Assembly (NCBI GenBank): GCA_003427395.1
Contig: BFEA01000029.1
Location: 4,433,157-4,497,156 of the forward strand
Length of the DNA stretch: 64,000 bases
Origin: Chara braunii
Lineage: Eukaryota > Plantae > Charophyceae
Direction of reading: 5' to 3'
In this document: positions 1-12,048 of the stretch, piece after piece
How the letters are laid out: each line of letters starts with the position of its first letter
Numbering within the stretch: the first letter of the stretch is position 1
The notes under the pieces: model-generated
Seen by the model: only the letters and a program-made list of their open reading frames with translations
What the model was told of the DNA's origin: nothing
Database searches by the model: none
Program-made: the position numbers and the translations under genes

Positions 1-670
1 CAGCATGTCAGCTTGTGGGACCGTCTCCCGACCTTTGAGATTTGTTTTTTTTCTTTCTCTGTTCCTGAGATTGTACTTTGCCTACTACGCTCTGGACATG
101 ATTGCAGTCAGATTCGCCTGGGTCGTAATTGCAGTCAGATTCACATGGGTCAGGCCGTAATTGCAGTCAGATTGATTCTGGGAAGTACTAGTGTGAGATT
201 GTATCTTCTCAGCTACATTTGAATTTACTCAGTTGGTTGAATGAGCATTCGCCAGTTTTTTTTCTTTCGTCGTTGCCGTTGCTGCCCTCTAGCGGACTGA
301 ATCCATCAACACATGGATTCATTCATGAGGTCTAATCCACGGCAACAGACAGAACTCCCAGCGATAGTATATGTGATCAGACGTGATCATCGAAATTTCG
401 GCTGATAATGACCTACAGCATTATGGTATGTGTCTTTATGTGCAGAAAAGTGCCCTCTCGGAATTCGCTTTTCATTGGAAAGGGCACTATTCAAATTCAG
501 GCCTTCTTTACATTATAAAAACAAGTCGACCCAGAGCGGCAAAGCCGCGCCCCAATGAATCTCCCGCTATAACATGGGAAGATGCAGCACCGTAACGTCT
601 TAGAATTTATTTTCTGCATGTCGAGAGCGGCGGAGCGACCTCCCTCCCTCCCCCCTCTTTTCTCTCTCTN

Positions 671-749
<79 letters not shown>

Positions 750-879
750 CTCTCTCACACGCACGTGCTCCTTTCCTCCCCCCCCCTGCACTCCCGTCTT
801 TCCCCGTGCACGACGCACCCTCATTTTCGCCGAACCCGACCGGAAAGATAGCATCGGTTCGCTGTGTACGGGGAAGAGG

Positions 880-933
<54 letters not shown>

Positions 934-1389
934 GCGTTGTGCGTAACCATCCAGAGTTCCATGGCGAATTCTCTCTCCCCCGCCCCCCCCCTCTCTCTCT
1001 CTTTGTGTTGTGCCTGAAGAGGGGAACAGTTTCGCCGGTGCGGGGCCGCTCTGCACTTGTATTCGAACATGAGGCCCCATCCACGATGCGCGCCCCCCGC
1101 CCCCTTGAATCCTTAAAAAAAAAAGGCGCACCCCAACGCGCGCTGCCCAAAAAAAGTGCGCGGCCCTAAACCCAACGTGACTCCGCCGCAGCGCACCAGC
1201 CTCCAGACCCGCGTGGACGAAAAAAAAATATCTCTGCACTTTTTGCGGGTTTCCCTTTGGCCTGCGCCTTGCCCCCGACCATTTTCCCAACACAGGGAGC
1301 CCGGGCTCGCGGGAGCGTCGCGCGAGACCCGCTGTTCCCTTTTTATATATAATAATTAAAAAAATGTATATATATAATAATAGTATAAT

Positions 1390-1862
1390 ATGAGTCGGTG
1401 AAACTCCGACGAAACAGTTTGTCACAGCCCCTCGTTTGTTGTCCTCTTCTCCCTCTCTGCCTACGGTTTACCGGGCAGTTCTGTTTGTGACGATATACAT
1501 ATATATATATAGCCTCCTGATGAGTCGGTGAAACTCCGACGAAACAGTTTGTCACAGCCCCTCGTTTGTTGTCCTCTTCTCTCTCTCTGCCTACGGTTTA
1601 CCGGGCAGTTCTGTTTGTGACGATATACATATATATATATAGCCTCCTGATGAGTCGGTGAAACTCCGACGAAACAGTTTGTCACAGCCCCTCGTTTGTT
1701 GTCCTCTTCTCTCTCTCTGCCTACGGTTTACCGGGCAGTTCTGTTTGTGACGATATATAGAAACTCCGACGAAACAGTTTGTCACAGCCCCTCGTTTGTT
1801 GTCCTCTTCTCTCTCTCTGCCTACGGTTTACCGGGCAGTTCTATTTGTGACGATATATATAT
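1390..1862 (+). mobile_element. Tandem stack of four hammerhead-ribozyme-core retro-units (130-bp period) separated by (TA)n
   Basis: Units start at 1390, 1511, 1641 and 1760 with different 5' truncations, and all end ...ccgggcagttct(g/a)tttgtgacga(TA)n. Units 2 and 3 contain CTGATGA-gtcgg-tgaaact-ccgac-GAAAC, the hammerhead core with stem II. Confidence 0.85.
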
Positions 1863-2420
1863 ATTGTCACATGATATCAGAGCGCCTAAGCGAAAAAAAC
1901 AAAAAAACAAAAAAATCTTAAATTCGTTTTTAATCTTCTTCCTTACAACTCCCCCTGTTCAGAACCTCTTGCGTACAAGGCCGCCCACGTGGATGTAGGT
2001 TGAGCGGCGGCTGCCCCCACCCCCGTGTGTCATATCGACCCACTTGCACACAGCCAAAAGGCAAAGAGGCAAAGAAGAGAGGAAGGGAACAGCCAAATGA
2101 AACAAATAGAACAGAGGGAAACAAGACAGATCCCAGATGACAAGTCCCACATGCAAGCACCGNCTGCTCCGTCAAAGGCCAAACAACGGGACAAGACCAC
2201 CCAGGACAAGACATAAAAAAGCGACGATCCACAGTGTGACAACCAAGAAAAAAAGAGAAGACAATCCCGGATAACGATTCCCACATACAGGCACCGCCCC
2301 GCCTCTCAAAGGGCCGAACAACGGGAAACAACCAACCAGGATGCCAAAAACCCGAATGGCTGGTCCCACATGAAAGCACAGCCATGCCCATATATATATA
2401 TATATATATATTCCTCTCAA

Positions 2421-2944
2421 TTTTGAACTGGCATCTGCCATGTCATGGAACATATCTTTTTTCCATCTCTCACTACCTACCTACCTACCACTATTCCTAA
2501 GGCTAACAGGGGACCCCTGCAGGCATAGCTATACACCCTACTTCGGTGAAGGGAGGTTACCTCTCCCGATGGAGGGAGGTCATTGCAATGCCGGAGTGGT
2601 TTAGGGTGCAGGCTTGGGGGCGCCAGCGCCAGCGGGGCCCCGGCCTAACACAAGGACCGAGCATTGGCAGAAACTGCACCTCCCTTTTCATCTTCTCCCA
2701 CCCCCATCGAGCAACAGCAGTGTCTACTCTACAGCGAACATTCTCCCACACAACACACCCAACCCACTCACACTCGCACTTACACCCGTGTTGGCTGAAG
2801 ACCCTACTAATACGGACCGGGCCGGGAGGAATCAGCTGACTTCTCAGTTGATTGGCACCAAGCCTACCGCAGGCGGCCGTGGGGATTGAACCAACGACCT
2901 GCTGAATGCGCCACTTGCGTGCCTAACCAATTGAGCTAGGCCGC
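2421..2944 (-). mobile_element. tRNA-derived SINE (family 1), near full length
   Basis: Minus-strand head at 2875-2944 has an A box (TAGCTCAATTGG) and a B box (GGTTCAATCCC). The 3' part, with (TAGG)n and cctaaggcta..aggggacccctgc, recurs at ~3412-3600 and ~9866-10155. Confidence 0.7.
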
Positions 2945-3411
2945 TGCATGGCAGTGACTGATGTACATTGGGCCTCGCTCCGCTAATCACCACATCCACA
3001 GAAGACAAAAAATATGGCTGCGTATCTACTCATGTTTTAGCGGAAGATTCATTCTCATTTTGCACATTTGGTGGGTAGTGGAGCCAGACCCATTCTCAAT
3101 CGTTTTAGTTGTGATCCATTTGGAACTTCGAACGCGATCTGTTTCAAGGACTTTTTTTTGGGGGGTAACTTCGGCGCAGTCACGAAAACAGTTTGTAATT
3201 GCACTTCAGGCAATCCCGCGAATACAACACACCCCCACGCGACCCCACCGGACCCGAAACGTAGGTCACATACATTCAGCATTACCGGCCCTTTTGCCTC
3301 AAGTGCAATTACAAACTCAATCCCTGACTGCGCCGTAGTTTTCTCTTTTTTTTTTTTTTTACATTCTTCTCTCAAATCTTTCATCATCTTTCACATTCTT
3401 TCAATTCACCT

Positions 3412-3600
3412 TCACTACCTACCTACGACTACTCCTAAGGCTTATATACAGGGGACCCCTGCGAACGTAGCTTTGCTGTCTCCCTCCCTCCAGCCATCAG
3501 ACGGGATGCATGTTGCCCCCCGCCCCAGCCGTGGTGGTCAAGGATGGGCTGGGGCCGCCGGTGGGGGTCCGGCTAACGCAAAGACCGAGCATTTTGCCAG
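3412..3600 (-). mobile_element. SINE family 1, 5'-truncated copy
   Basis: cactacctacctacgactactcctaaggc...ggggacccctgc...ggctaacgcaaagaccgagcatt matches 2471-2665. Confidence 0.65.
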
Positions 3601-4083
3601 TTATGGGGCTTTTTTTGCTTCTTTTTTTTTCCAAACAATCATCACTTTCATTTGGCTTTTTTTTCTCCCTCGAAGGGCGACGGCCTTGAAATATTCATTG
3701 TGTTAAAAAAAAAAAAAAGAAAAAAAAAAGGAGATATTCATTTTCGATCTGACATGCCGGCGTGAGATTGGTGGAATATCTGGCAGGGGATGTGAAAAGG
3801 CGGGAGACTTCACGTGGTCGGGTGTGTGTCTTTTCTCCATTTGTGCGTGCGAACCCATCCTTGCATGTGCAGGCGCCATGCTAATAATGTACTCTGTCTG
3901 TGCATCGTTCCAACGGTAAACGATGTCCCGAAGAACGACGTCATGGCGTGTTCACGGCGGGGCTTGAGGGTTTGGGGGGATTTTTTGTTTTTTTTTTGTT
4001 TAGGGAGGGGGGGGATTGGGAGAAAAAGATCGACATAGACGGACAACAGACAAACTGACTGGCAGATAGACAGACGGACTGAC

Positions 4084-4704
4084 CCGTATATCGTTGTCGA
4101 TCGGAGGCAGCTCAAGGTCTAGCTCAGCTGAAGGAGCTGACGGCATCCTAGCTTCAGAGGACGCGCGGGCTTCGAAACGTTTTCTCCCATGAGAAACACA
4201 CTCCATTTGCGAGGTCCAGCACGTCAATGGTCTGGCCTTCCTCGCGTTTCTCTTTCTTCGGCAAATTTTTTCTGGCTGCTGATAGAACATCGCGCGCATC
4301 GCGCGCATCGCCATCCGCGTCGGCATTCGCAGTCGCAGTGGCAATCCCAATCGCTGGTGCGCGATGCATGGCACAGTCTGGTTTGGATGATCATCGTGCC
4401 GCCGATCAGCGGAACAAATGTCATTTGGCAGTCTGGAATGACAGGGGGAGGAGGGGGAGGAGGGGGAGGGGGAGAAGGGGGAGGAGGAGAGAAGTCTTCT
4501 TGGCCGGCCGGTGGGAGCTATGGAGGAGGATTTAGAACCTGGCCATCGCTGCTGGCTTGCCGCGACTGACGAAGAACACTGACTCGGACTGCAGAAAGAC
4601 AAGGCGCGTTGTTCTTTATTAAGGCATCCACAGTCGTTGAAGCCACGTCCAGCAGCAGCAGCAGCAGCCCACATTGTCCTCACGTCGGAAGTAAATGCCG
4701 CCAT
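4084..4704 (-). CDS. Putative first coding exon of a minus-strand gene; Ser/Ala/Arg-rich N-terminus resembling an organellar transit peptide
   Basis: ATG at 4704 in a good context (atcATGGcg). 207 open codons (MAAFTSDVRT...LELPPIDNDIR) end at a plausible donor CGG|GTCAGT, followed by a (TCTG)n tract. No family motif recognised and no downstream exons located. Confidence 0.4.
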
Positions 4705-4742
4705 GATGACACGTCGCGCGCGCTTCTCGGTTTTTTTCCTCG

Positions 4743-4950
4743 TTTTCCCGCTCTGCTTCTCAATCGGGTAATTCAATGGACAGTGAGACAACGGCGGGAA
4801 CTTCAGCAAAACCGGCGGAAAGACTGTCACGCGAATGGAAATGATCCCCGCCAAAAACAGTTCCCGAAAATTTTGTGTCATCCAGAGGAAGATCGCCCCG
4901 CGAAAACCTCAATCACCGAATCGAACAAATAAAACTCCCGCCAAAACTCT
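4743..4950. promoter_or_regulatory. Cluster of E2F-like motifs upstream of the putative exon
   Basis: TTTCCCGC (~4744), GGCGGGAA (~4793), CCCGCCAAA (~4847, ~4937) and CCCGCGAAA (~4897) match or nearly match the WTTSSCGS consensus. Confidence 0.3.
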
Positions 4951-7900
4951 TTCCCCGCTTGGAGCAACGGCACAGTTCACTTTCGCCCATTTTCGATCCG
5001 CGAAGAAAATTGCATAGAGAATTCCTTGTCACCGCAATCCATTCGTATCCGCTACGTTCTCTATCTATGGCGCCAAACCCACTACCTAAAGCCCGTTCTT
5101 TGCTTCAGCGGGCCACGTCACCCACCGTCAAGAGCTCTGCAACCCGCCTTCCCACCGCCTGCCCCACACGAAGTGGAATGGGTGCGCCAGGGCCTGTGGG
5201 GCACACAACGGCAGGGAGGCATCAGGTCGCTGCTCCGAGTGCTACCGTAGTATTGCTCCAGGGTAAGGGTCTCGTTCCACACCAGTTCAAACTCGAGGGT
5301 GGGCTTTCTTTTTTTTTTTTTCTTTTTTTTTTTGGAAAGGGATCACAATTTCATTTCAAATAACCAGAGTTCGAGGCCGGGGGCAAGGTCCCACTTGCGC
5401 AAATTAGGAGATTTGGACCGTTGATCTTTGCTATCTACGGTCAGTATATGTGGGACCTAGCCCCGGGGATCTCACAATTCAACCCGGTAAGCAGAACCAA
5501 ATGTGCCAGACCAACCTGGCAGACAAAGCAAAGACAAGATGCATCGCCACTAGTACTTAGGCCCGCAAGGCTCTAATACGAGCCTTATTGCCTACCCTAG
5601 TACTAAGGCCTCGCGAACTACGGAGTGGTTGGTAGATTCTGCCTTTTTATCCCAGCCCTTCTGCTCTTCAGCCTACCAGCTACTTGTAATCCCTCAAAGA
5701 GCCCTTTGTGGTTGCCCACTTATTCCCAGTTCCATCTGATGTTTCCACCCAAAGTCGTTCGACTATCCTATCTACTCCAAACGCAGCCACTTAGATAGCA
5801 ACAGTTCCCCTGCAAAGACACTGTTGCGAGTCTGTTCTTTTTTGCCCATGACCGCAGGAACCACAGCCGTGCCCGGTATCGTGCAGGGCCTTCTCTTGGT
5901 AACACCTTCTTTCTCCAGTCTACAGTGATCATGTGCCGTACAGATGCCTCCATTCCTGTCTTCTTTTTATTTCTTTTTTATTTCAATTTTTTTTACAAGA
6001 AAACAACCCAAGATGATCCTAGGGGTGCTGATAGGAGCAGACACCACTAGCAGTCTCGGGAGGGCTCCATCTATTGGTGGGGAGCAACACCTGCTGGAAA
6101 GCAGGTCCAGCGTCCCAGATCATTTGTAATCGAATGTTTGAACAGTTGTAAATGCGCAGGCACGCGGTGATGGGCAGCATTGATTACCATCGAGCGAGGG
6201 GATTGACTGCCCATCAAACCCTAGGACCCTTACCCTGCCTTATTCAACTACTATACTGATACAGTAAGGAGGGAGAAGAACCAGACAAGGTTTGGTATCT
6301 ACTTCTGCAATTTTCTACCCGGTGTTGCAAGCGCATGTGTCTCCCCTATAACAGTAATTAACAAAACCCACTCAAGTGGGGAGAGCACCAAGTCAAAGAG
6401 AGAAAACAAAATTACAGGAGGATGAAAGAGCAGCGAAAAGTCCGATTAGACACCTACTCTTCCGCCCTCACCACGTGGTCGGGACCAAACGACACGCCCT
6501 AGGAGCAACCAACAAACCCTAGTGACATATGCAACAGCACCTCACCCCCCCCACCCCCGGCCCACCACATGGCAGATACTTGTGATCATTGTGATTGGTG
6601 TGCCCATCAAAATTCGTAATGGCCAACGTCGATCGAAACAAGACAGGTGAAGATATGACAATATTTAAACCAATTCGAAGTCCTATCCCTACCCCACTCC
6701 TTCTCGCCACCACGTTGTGCCTTTCCACACCCCCCATTCAATAAGCGGCGGCCAGAACAGAAGAGAAGGGGGCAAGAGGAGGAAAGAGTCGTCGCTCGTC
6801 CCCCGCCACACTCACCCCGTTATTGTTGATGTTGATTTCGCCAGTCGCCCTGTCAATGATTCGGGCATTGGTGTTATTGTTGTAATTGCTGTTATTATTG
6901 TCGTTGCCGTCATCAGTATTGTTGTTCTTGTTGTAGCTAATGGTACCGCCGATCTCGCCAGTGTCAAAACCACCGTTACCAAAACTGGCGGCCTCTGCGA
7001 TACCATTGTTGTTGTTGTTGACGTTGTTGTTGTCATCGTTATTGTTGTTGTTGTTGCTGCCTCTTTCATCAACACACGACCGTGAGATCACACCGACAAC
7101 AACGCTGCCAGTGTTGTTGTTATTGGCGTTGTCATGACTGATGATGCCGCCAATCTCGTCAGAATCGCCATCAAAGGGACCGGCAGTAGCAGCAACGATA
7201 TTGTCGTTGTCGCCAGAAGCGCCATGAAACGGACCGGCAGCAGCAGCAATGATATTGCCTTTGTTGTCGTTATTGTTAATGTTGTTGTTGTTGTTATTGT
7301 TATTGTTGTTGTTGTTGTTTCTGTTGATACCGATGCATGAACATCCTACCATTTTTGTACGTGTTATGGGTGATGATGGTGAATTGTCCTCCTCCTCCAG
7401 ATCTAACTGAGCATACCAGTGCTCCATGGACACGACGCACAGTGCTTGCCCCTCCTCAAAGACTGTGCAGCAGTGTCGCATCAAAGTCGCCGTCTATCGC
7501 AGGTCAATAAACCTTGCCAAATAAGAAGTTGCCCCCTCCTCCAACTTCGTGATAATGTGCACAAGGCTTTGCATCATGCTCTGGTGTGTGAGATATGGCA
7601 GTACGTTCCCCCCATCAGTCACCAACCTCATCTCATTCGCTTTCTGTCGGAGAAGGTCATGATTCATCTGAACAAACGAAAGCCACTGGGCGGCGCCCTG
7701 AAGTAAAGCCTCAGTCGTGCTCATCGGCATTGTTGACCGTGTTGACCCCATTGACCTTGTCACTGTCGTGGCAAAACCTCCCGTCCACGTTGTTGTCTTC
7801 AGTACGCCGGCGTTACTGCGTCCTCCAGATCCCATGTGGGGCTACCCACTTCAGCTGACGAAAGTTCAAATTGGGGCCGTGAACGCTCGAGTTGCGCCGC

Positions 7901-7999
7901 TATGGTCGCTCGAAGCAGCAACCGTGAGGTTCGTGCGCTGCCTGGTGGGCGGGCCTTGCCGTATGTGGACCGCAATGCGCTAGCGCTTGTCTTTCTTTG

Positions 8000-8900
8000 A
8001 TTGTTTTTCATTCCTGTTTTGAGGGTTGGGTCCAAAAAGTACTTGCGTTGGAAGAGCACCGAGTTTCGTTCCTTCTATATCCACCAGAGTACCATTGCCC
8101 TGATTGACACCGCCACATAGCCCCAACCCTTCCTTGACTCAAGTGTGTCCGGAGAATGCCCGTTAGCACCCATTTTAAATCCCATTTAATTTCTTCAGGG
8201 CCCCCCAGTTATTTCCAATGGTACTCCCACCACCTCCAGATGCGTTGAGAAAGCAGGCAGGAGCCCCGTAGATGTTTCGGGTTGACGGTGGCATCTTGAG
8301 CATTGGGTTTCCACGTCCATTCCTTTTAAAAATACTAGTTTCTGCATCCAAAGGAGCCCCATGTGTGATCAGCCACGAAATCGAGGCGTACTTAGTGCTT
8401 GGATATCTTTTGCAGATCCTCCAACTCTCTTTATAATAATCCACTGAGATTTCAGTCCCGTTAGAAGCCCGAGGGCGGGCCTCATGAATCTTCACTGATG
8501 AGCTACCTCTCTGCTTGAGGATATTCATGCCCAGGCGAGAGGAATATTGATACAACTCTGTTTTTTTCCTCGTCTCTGGCCAACCATATTGACATATGTC
8601 CAGCTTCATTGCCCTGACAGGTGTCCCTTCCATATGCAATACTGGTTGAGGTGAGCCCCCAGGTGAAAACTTCATATAAACCCGAACCTCCTCCGTCAGA
8701 ACCTGCCCCCTTAGTTCCCTCTCTTCCTTGTACAACAGTATCACAGTGCCCTGCCCATTTTTCTTTTGCTGCTCCCACACCGCCACATGGTCCTTGTTCA
8801 GGCGCTTGGGTTGGGCTTTCCACATCGCCCTACTGTAGAGTTGCACTAATCCCCTTCTCGTGGTGAGTTTCCTGCCTTTCCCAACCCGCCCTTGAGCACG
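8000..8900 (-). pseudogene. Degenerate 3' fragment of an L1-like LINE ORF2
   Basis: ORF 8175-8846 (KYASISWLITHGAP...) resembles the C-terminal region of the LINE at 38679-39032 (KFASLQWQIIHRCLP). Confidence 0.4.
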
Positions 8901-9524
8901 GTTCCACTAACAAAGGAGTAAGGTAAACTGTGTCCCGCAAACACCTATGGGACATCTACGGGACATCGTCCAACCACTGATGCAGGAGAATCCTATGGCA
9001 GCGAAATTGCAAGGGGTTTATATTCTGAAGTGGTGTTTTTTTTTTTTTTTTGCATTTTTTTTTCAGTTTCCAAGAATTGGAGGGGGGGGAAGAAAATAAA
9101 AAGACTCATTTTGATTGGTAGCTCTTCAAAAGATTAAAAAAAATCAAGTACTCGAAGGGCATGGTTTTGACACCCTTCTTTTCCCCGGTCAATCATAAAC
9201 CCATCCAGTACTTGATTTTTCTCTCAAAATATACGAACTGCACGCTTCAGCATGGCAATCGTCAGAGAAGGGAGTCCCATCAGGCACACGGAAGGACTCC
9301 CTCGCAATGGTACGCGAGACTGCAACAGTCACATACCACTCTGTCCTGATTAGGCATTGGCTGGGTGGGGAGCAGGGGGAGGAGATGAGAGGGTTAGTGG
9401 GACCACAACACTTTCAAAAGTCGGACTCCTTGCCATCTTGGGAAATGTGACATGGCTATTTATTTATTTTGAAGTCTTTCAATTACTTTTCTTCCTTTTC
9501 TTACAGTTCCGCACAGGTCCTAAT

Positions 9525-9562
9525 CTGTCTCTTATACACATCTAGATGTGTATAAGAGACAG
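9525..9562. other. Nextera mate-pair junction adapter (assembly artefact)
   Basis: Exact CTGTCTCTTATACACATCT+AGATGTGTATAAGAGACAG (two Tn5 mosaic ends back to back), lying between identical copies of 9338-9524 and 9563-9749. Confidence 0.98.
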
Positions 9563-9865
9563 ACTCTGTCCTGATTAGGCATTGGCTGGGTGGGGAGCAG
9601 GGGGAGGAGATGAGAGGGTTAGTGGGACCACAACACTTTCAAAAGTCGGACTCCTTGCCATCTTGGGAAATGTGACATGGCTATTTATTTATTTTGAAGT
9701 CTTTCAATTACTTTTCTTCCTTTTCTTACAGTTCCGCACAGGTCCTAATAGGCCATGACTCGTGTGCTAGTGGAACCGTGCCCCTGAAGTTCTCAAGTGC
9801 GACCCAGGGAGATAGGGCCGATTTTAATTATTTTTTTTCCCGGAAACTGCCTTCGCCTCACGTAG

Positions 9866-10155
9866 TTTTGAACTGGCATTCTCCCATATTGTGGAACATA
9901 TTTTTCTTTCACTACCTACCTACCACTACTCCTAAGGCTATACAAGGGGCCCTGCAAGCATAGCTTTTTACCTCTCTTCTGTGAAGGGAGATTACCTCTC
10001 TGGGTGGAGAGGGTAAGGGCATGTTTGCCCCTTTGCCCTAGCCTTTAGAGTGCAGGGTTGGGGCCACCGGCGGGGGCCCAACTAACACAAGGACCATCTT
10101 CCCCCACTCCTGTCGAGTAATAGTAGTGTCTAAAGCCCACACTCTCCCACACACC
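9866..10155 (-). mobile_element. SINE family 1, 5'-truncated copy
   Basis: ttttgaactggcat...ggaacata...cactacctacctaccactactcctaaggcta...ctcccacaca matches 2421-2752. Confidence 0.65.
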
Positions 10156-10176
10156 ACAATAGGGCCGATTTTCAAT

Positions 10177-10643
10177 GACCTCGTTAGACACCACTACAGT
10201 TGAAACGAATTGTGGGTCTGCCCTACATGCGCCCTACAAATCCAACGTAATTAAAAAATACTTCAGTTTGACCCCATTCCACACAACCCTAGACCACCCT
10301 ACAAGTTCCGAGCATGAACTGTGCGGTGGAGGAAACCAATTGAGAGGTGACTTGAAAATCCGGAGTGAGTAAAAAAAAAAAAAAAAGGACGGTGGGGGAC
10401 AAACGCACTTTGAAACTGCCCCCGGTGTCCACTTGCGGCCTTTTGTAGTGGAAGTCACCTGGGGGAGGTGACTAGAAAGTCCGCCTGATTTACCTGGGTT
10501 CCTTATACTCCCACTGCAATTTTTCGGTGCGATTTTGAAATGGTGGTAACACTAATCCAGTCAGGAAGGTGATTCGAGGAGATTGGTGAATTTGTAGGGT
10601 TGCGTGGAACGGTGACTTTAGACTAGTGGTGTCTAACGAGGCC
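10177..10643. mobile_element. MITE (possibly PIF/Harbinger-like)
   Basis: 18-bp terminal inverted repeat cctcgttagacaccacta / tagtggtgtctaacgagg; no coding capacity; TSD not clear. Confidence 0.6.
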
Positions 10644-10705
10644 CCAAGTCACCTGCCGGAGGCGACTGGAGATGACTTGGAAACTCTACAAAACAAGAGG
10701 GAAAG

Positions 10706-10744
<39 letters not shown>

Positions 10745-11520
10745 GGAACACCCACAATCATGTATTTTTCAGTCCCCTGGATAGTGGCGCTGGCCTCCCC
10801 TACCACGCTTCCCTCGCAAGAACTGACACTCCACCTTTTCGGCTCCTTTCCTCAAGGGCAATTTTTAGGGTTAGGTGGAATGAGAACTGTGTTTAGTAAT
10901 TTAAATCACTATTCAGGTTCTCAAGGGCAATTTGTAGGTTTAGGTGGAATGAAAACAATTTTTAAAACTTGTAATCACAATTCGGGCTCTAAGGTCGCCC
11001 TTTACTTTCAAGTGAGGTGAAGTCGTGTCTAGGCCCTACGGCTTGGACCCTGCAGCATGACGTCTGGCAAAAGGTTGGAAATCTTCGCGAAGCAAAAATC
11101 ATAGCGTACGCAGATAACCAAGAGGAAACAGATCCCAATGCCAAAACAATTTTCCGCACCCTCGAGCTTTATATTACCAGAGTAGGAATACTAGCTCGAA
11201 AGGGCAAGTCGACATTCACTTTTACAGCACTCTGTTCAATCCCACTGCCTCCTTTCCGCATGTGATAGCTCAGCCGAGAGGGTAGGCTTGGGGCATAAAC
11301 CTCACGCGGTCCTGCTTTCCTTTCGGAGTGGGGACTTAATGCGGAAGGGTCCAAGAAATTACGGATATGGGGGTGTGCCAAGGATTTTTAGGAAAGTGGG
11401 GGTTGGAGTTCCACGTCGGAACTGAAATCTTCCGCATCAGCTTCGTAAAGAAACTAGACAAGAGCAGGCAACGAGGGAACGAGGCCTTCACGACTCAATT
11501 ATAACAATGTGACAACTCGT

Positions 11521-12048
11521 GTACAACAGAAAAATTTCTCAGAATGAAATATTCATTCTATAGTAAAATTACATTCTAAATTTTAAATTTTCATTCCATC
11601 TTAAAAAATGTCATTCCAATTTTAAAATTTTTCGTCTTACTTGAGAACTTTTCTTCCAAGAATGGGGTATCCCTTCTTATTTGAACTGCATGCTAGAGAT
11701 GGAATGAAAGTCTGAATGAGTTCATGAAATATTCTAATTGGACTGTCATTCTAAGTAAGGATTTTCAGTCATAAATAAGTTAATCCAATTTAAATTAAAA
11801 GATATTTGTTGTAGTAGAATGAAAGTTTAATTAAAATATTTCATAAACTCATCCAGACTTTCATTCCATTTTGAACAAATAGATGTAGTTGAAAGGGAAA
11901 ACTCATATTTAGACGGAAACTTATCAAATAAAACTGGAAATTTTAGAATTTGACAAACATTGGAATGATAATTTATAAATATGAAGGATTTTTTTTTTTA
12001 TGGAATGTTTTTTCAACTTTCATTTCTCGTGGGAATTTTTTCATTGTA
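11521..12048. mobile_element. AT-rich foldback/MITE element
   Basis: Long imperfect palindrome, e.g. atggaatgaaagtctgaatgagttcatgaaatatt (~11699) versus aatatttcataaactcatccagactttcattccat (~11834), with matching outer arms. Confidence 0.6.

Noticed and set aside
1390-1862. CRISPR-like appearance of regularly spaced repeats
   Set aside because: Whole units are identical with no unique spacers and no cas genes are present; the hammerhead retro-unit model explains it.
2131-2411. GTCCCACAT motifs followed by (TA)n resembling a plant snRNA USE/TATA promoter
   Set aside because: Motifs are part of a diverged ~90-130-bp tandem repeat, lack the terminal CG of the USE, and no snRNA follows.
6738-7484. 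248-aa Asn-rich ORF
   Set aside because: Open frame is produced by (AAC)n microsatellite and short internal repeats; no recognisable domain.
9525-9562. Tn5 mosaic ends as a bacterial transposon or horizontal transfer
   Set aside because: Exact Nextera mate-pair junction adapter.
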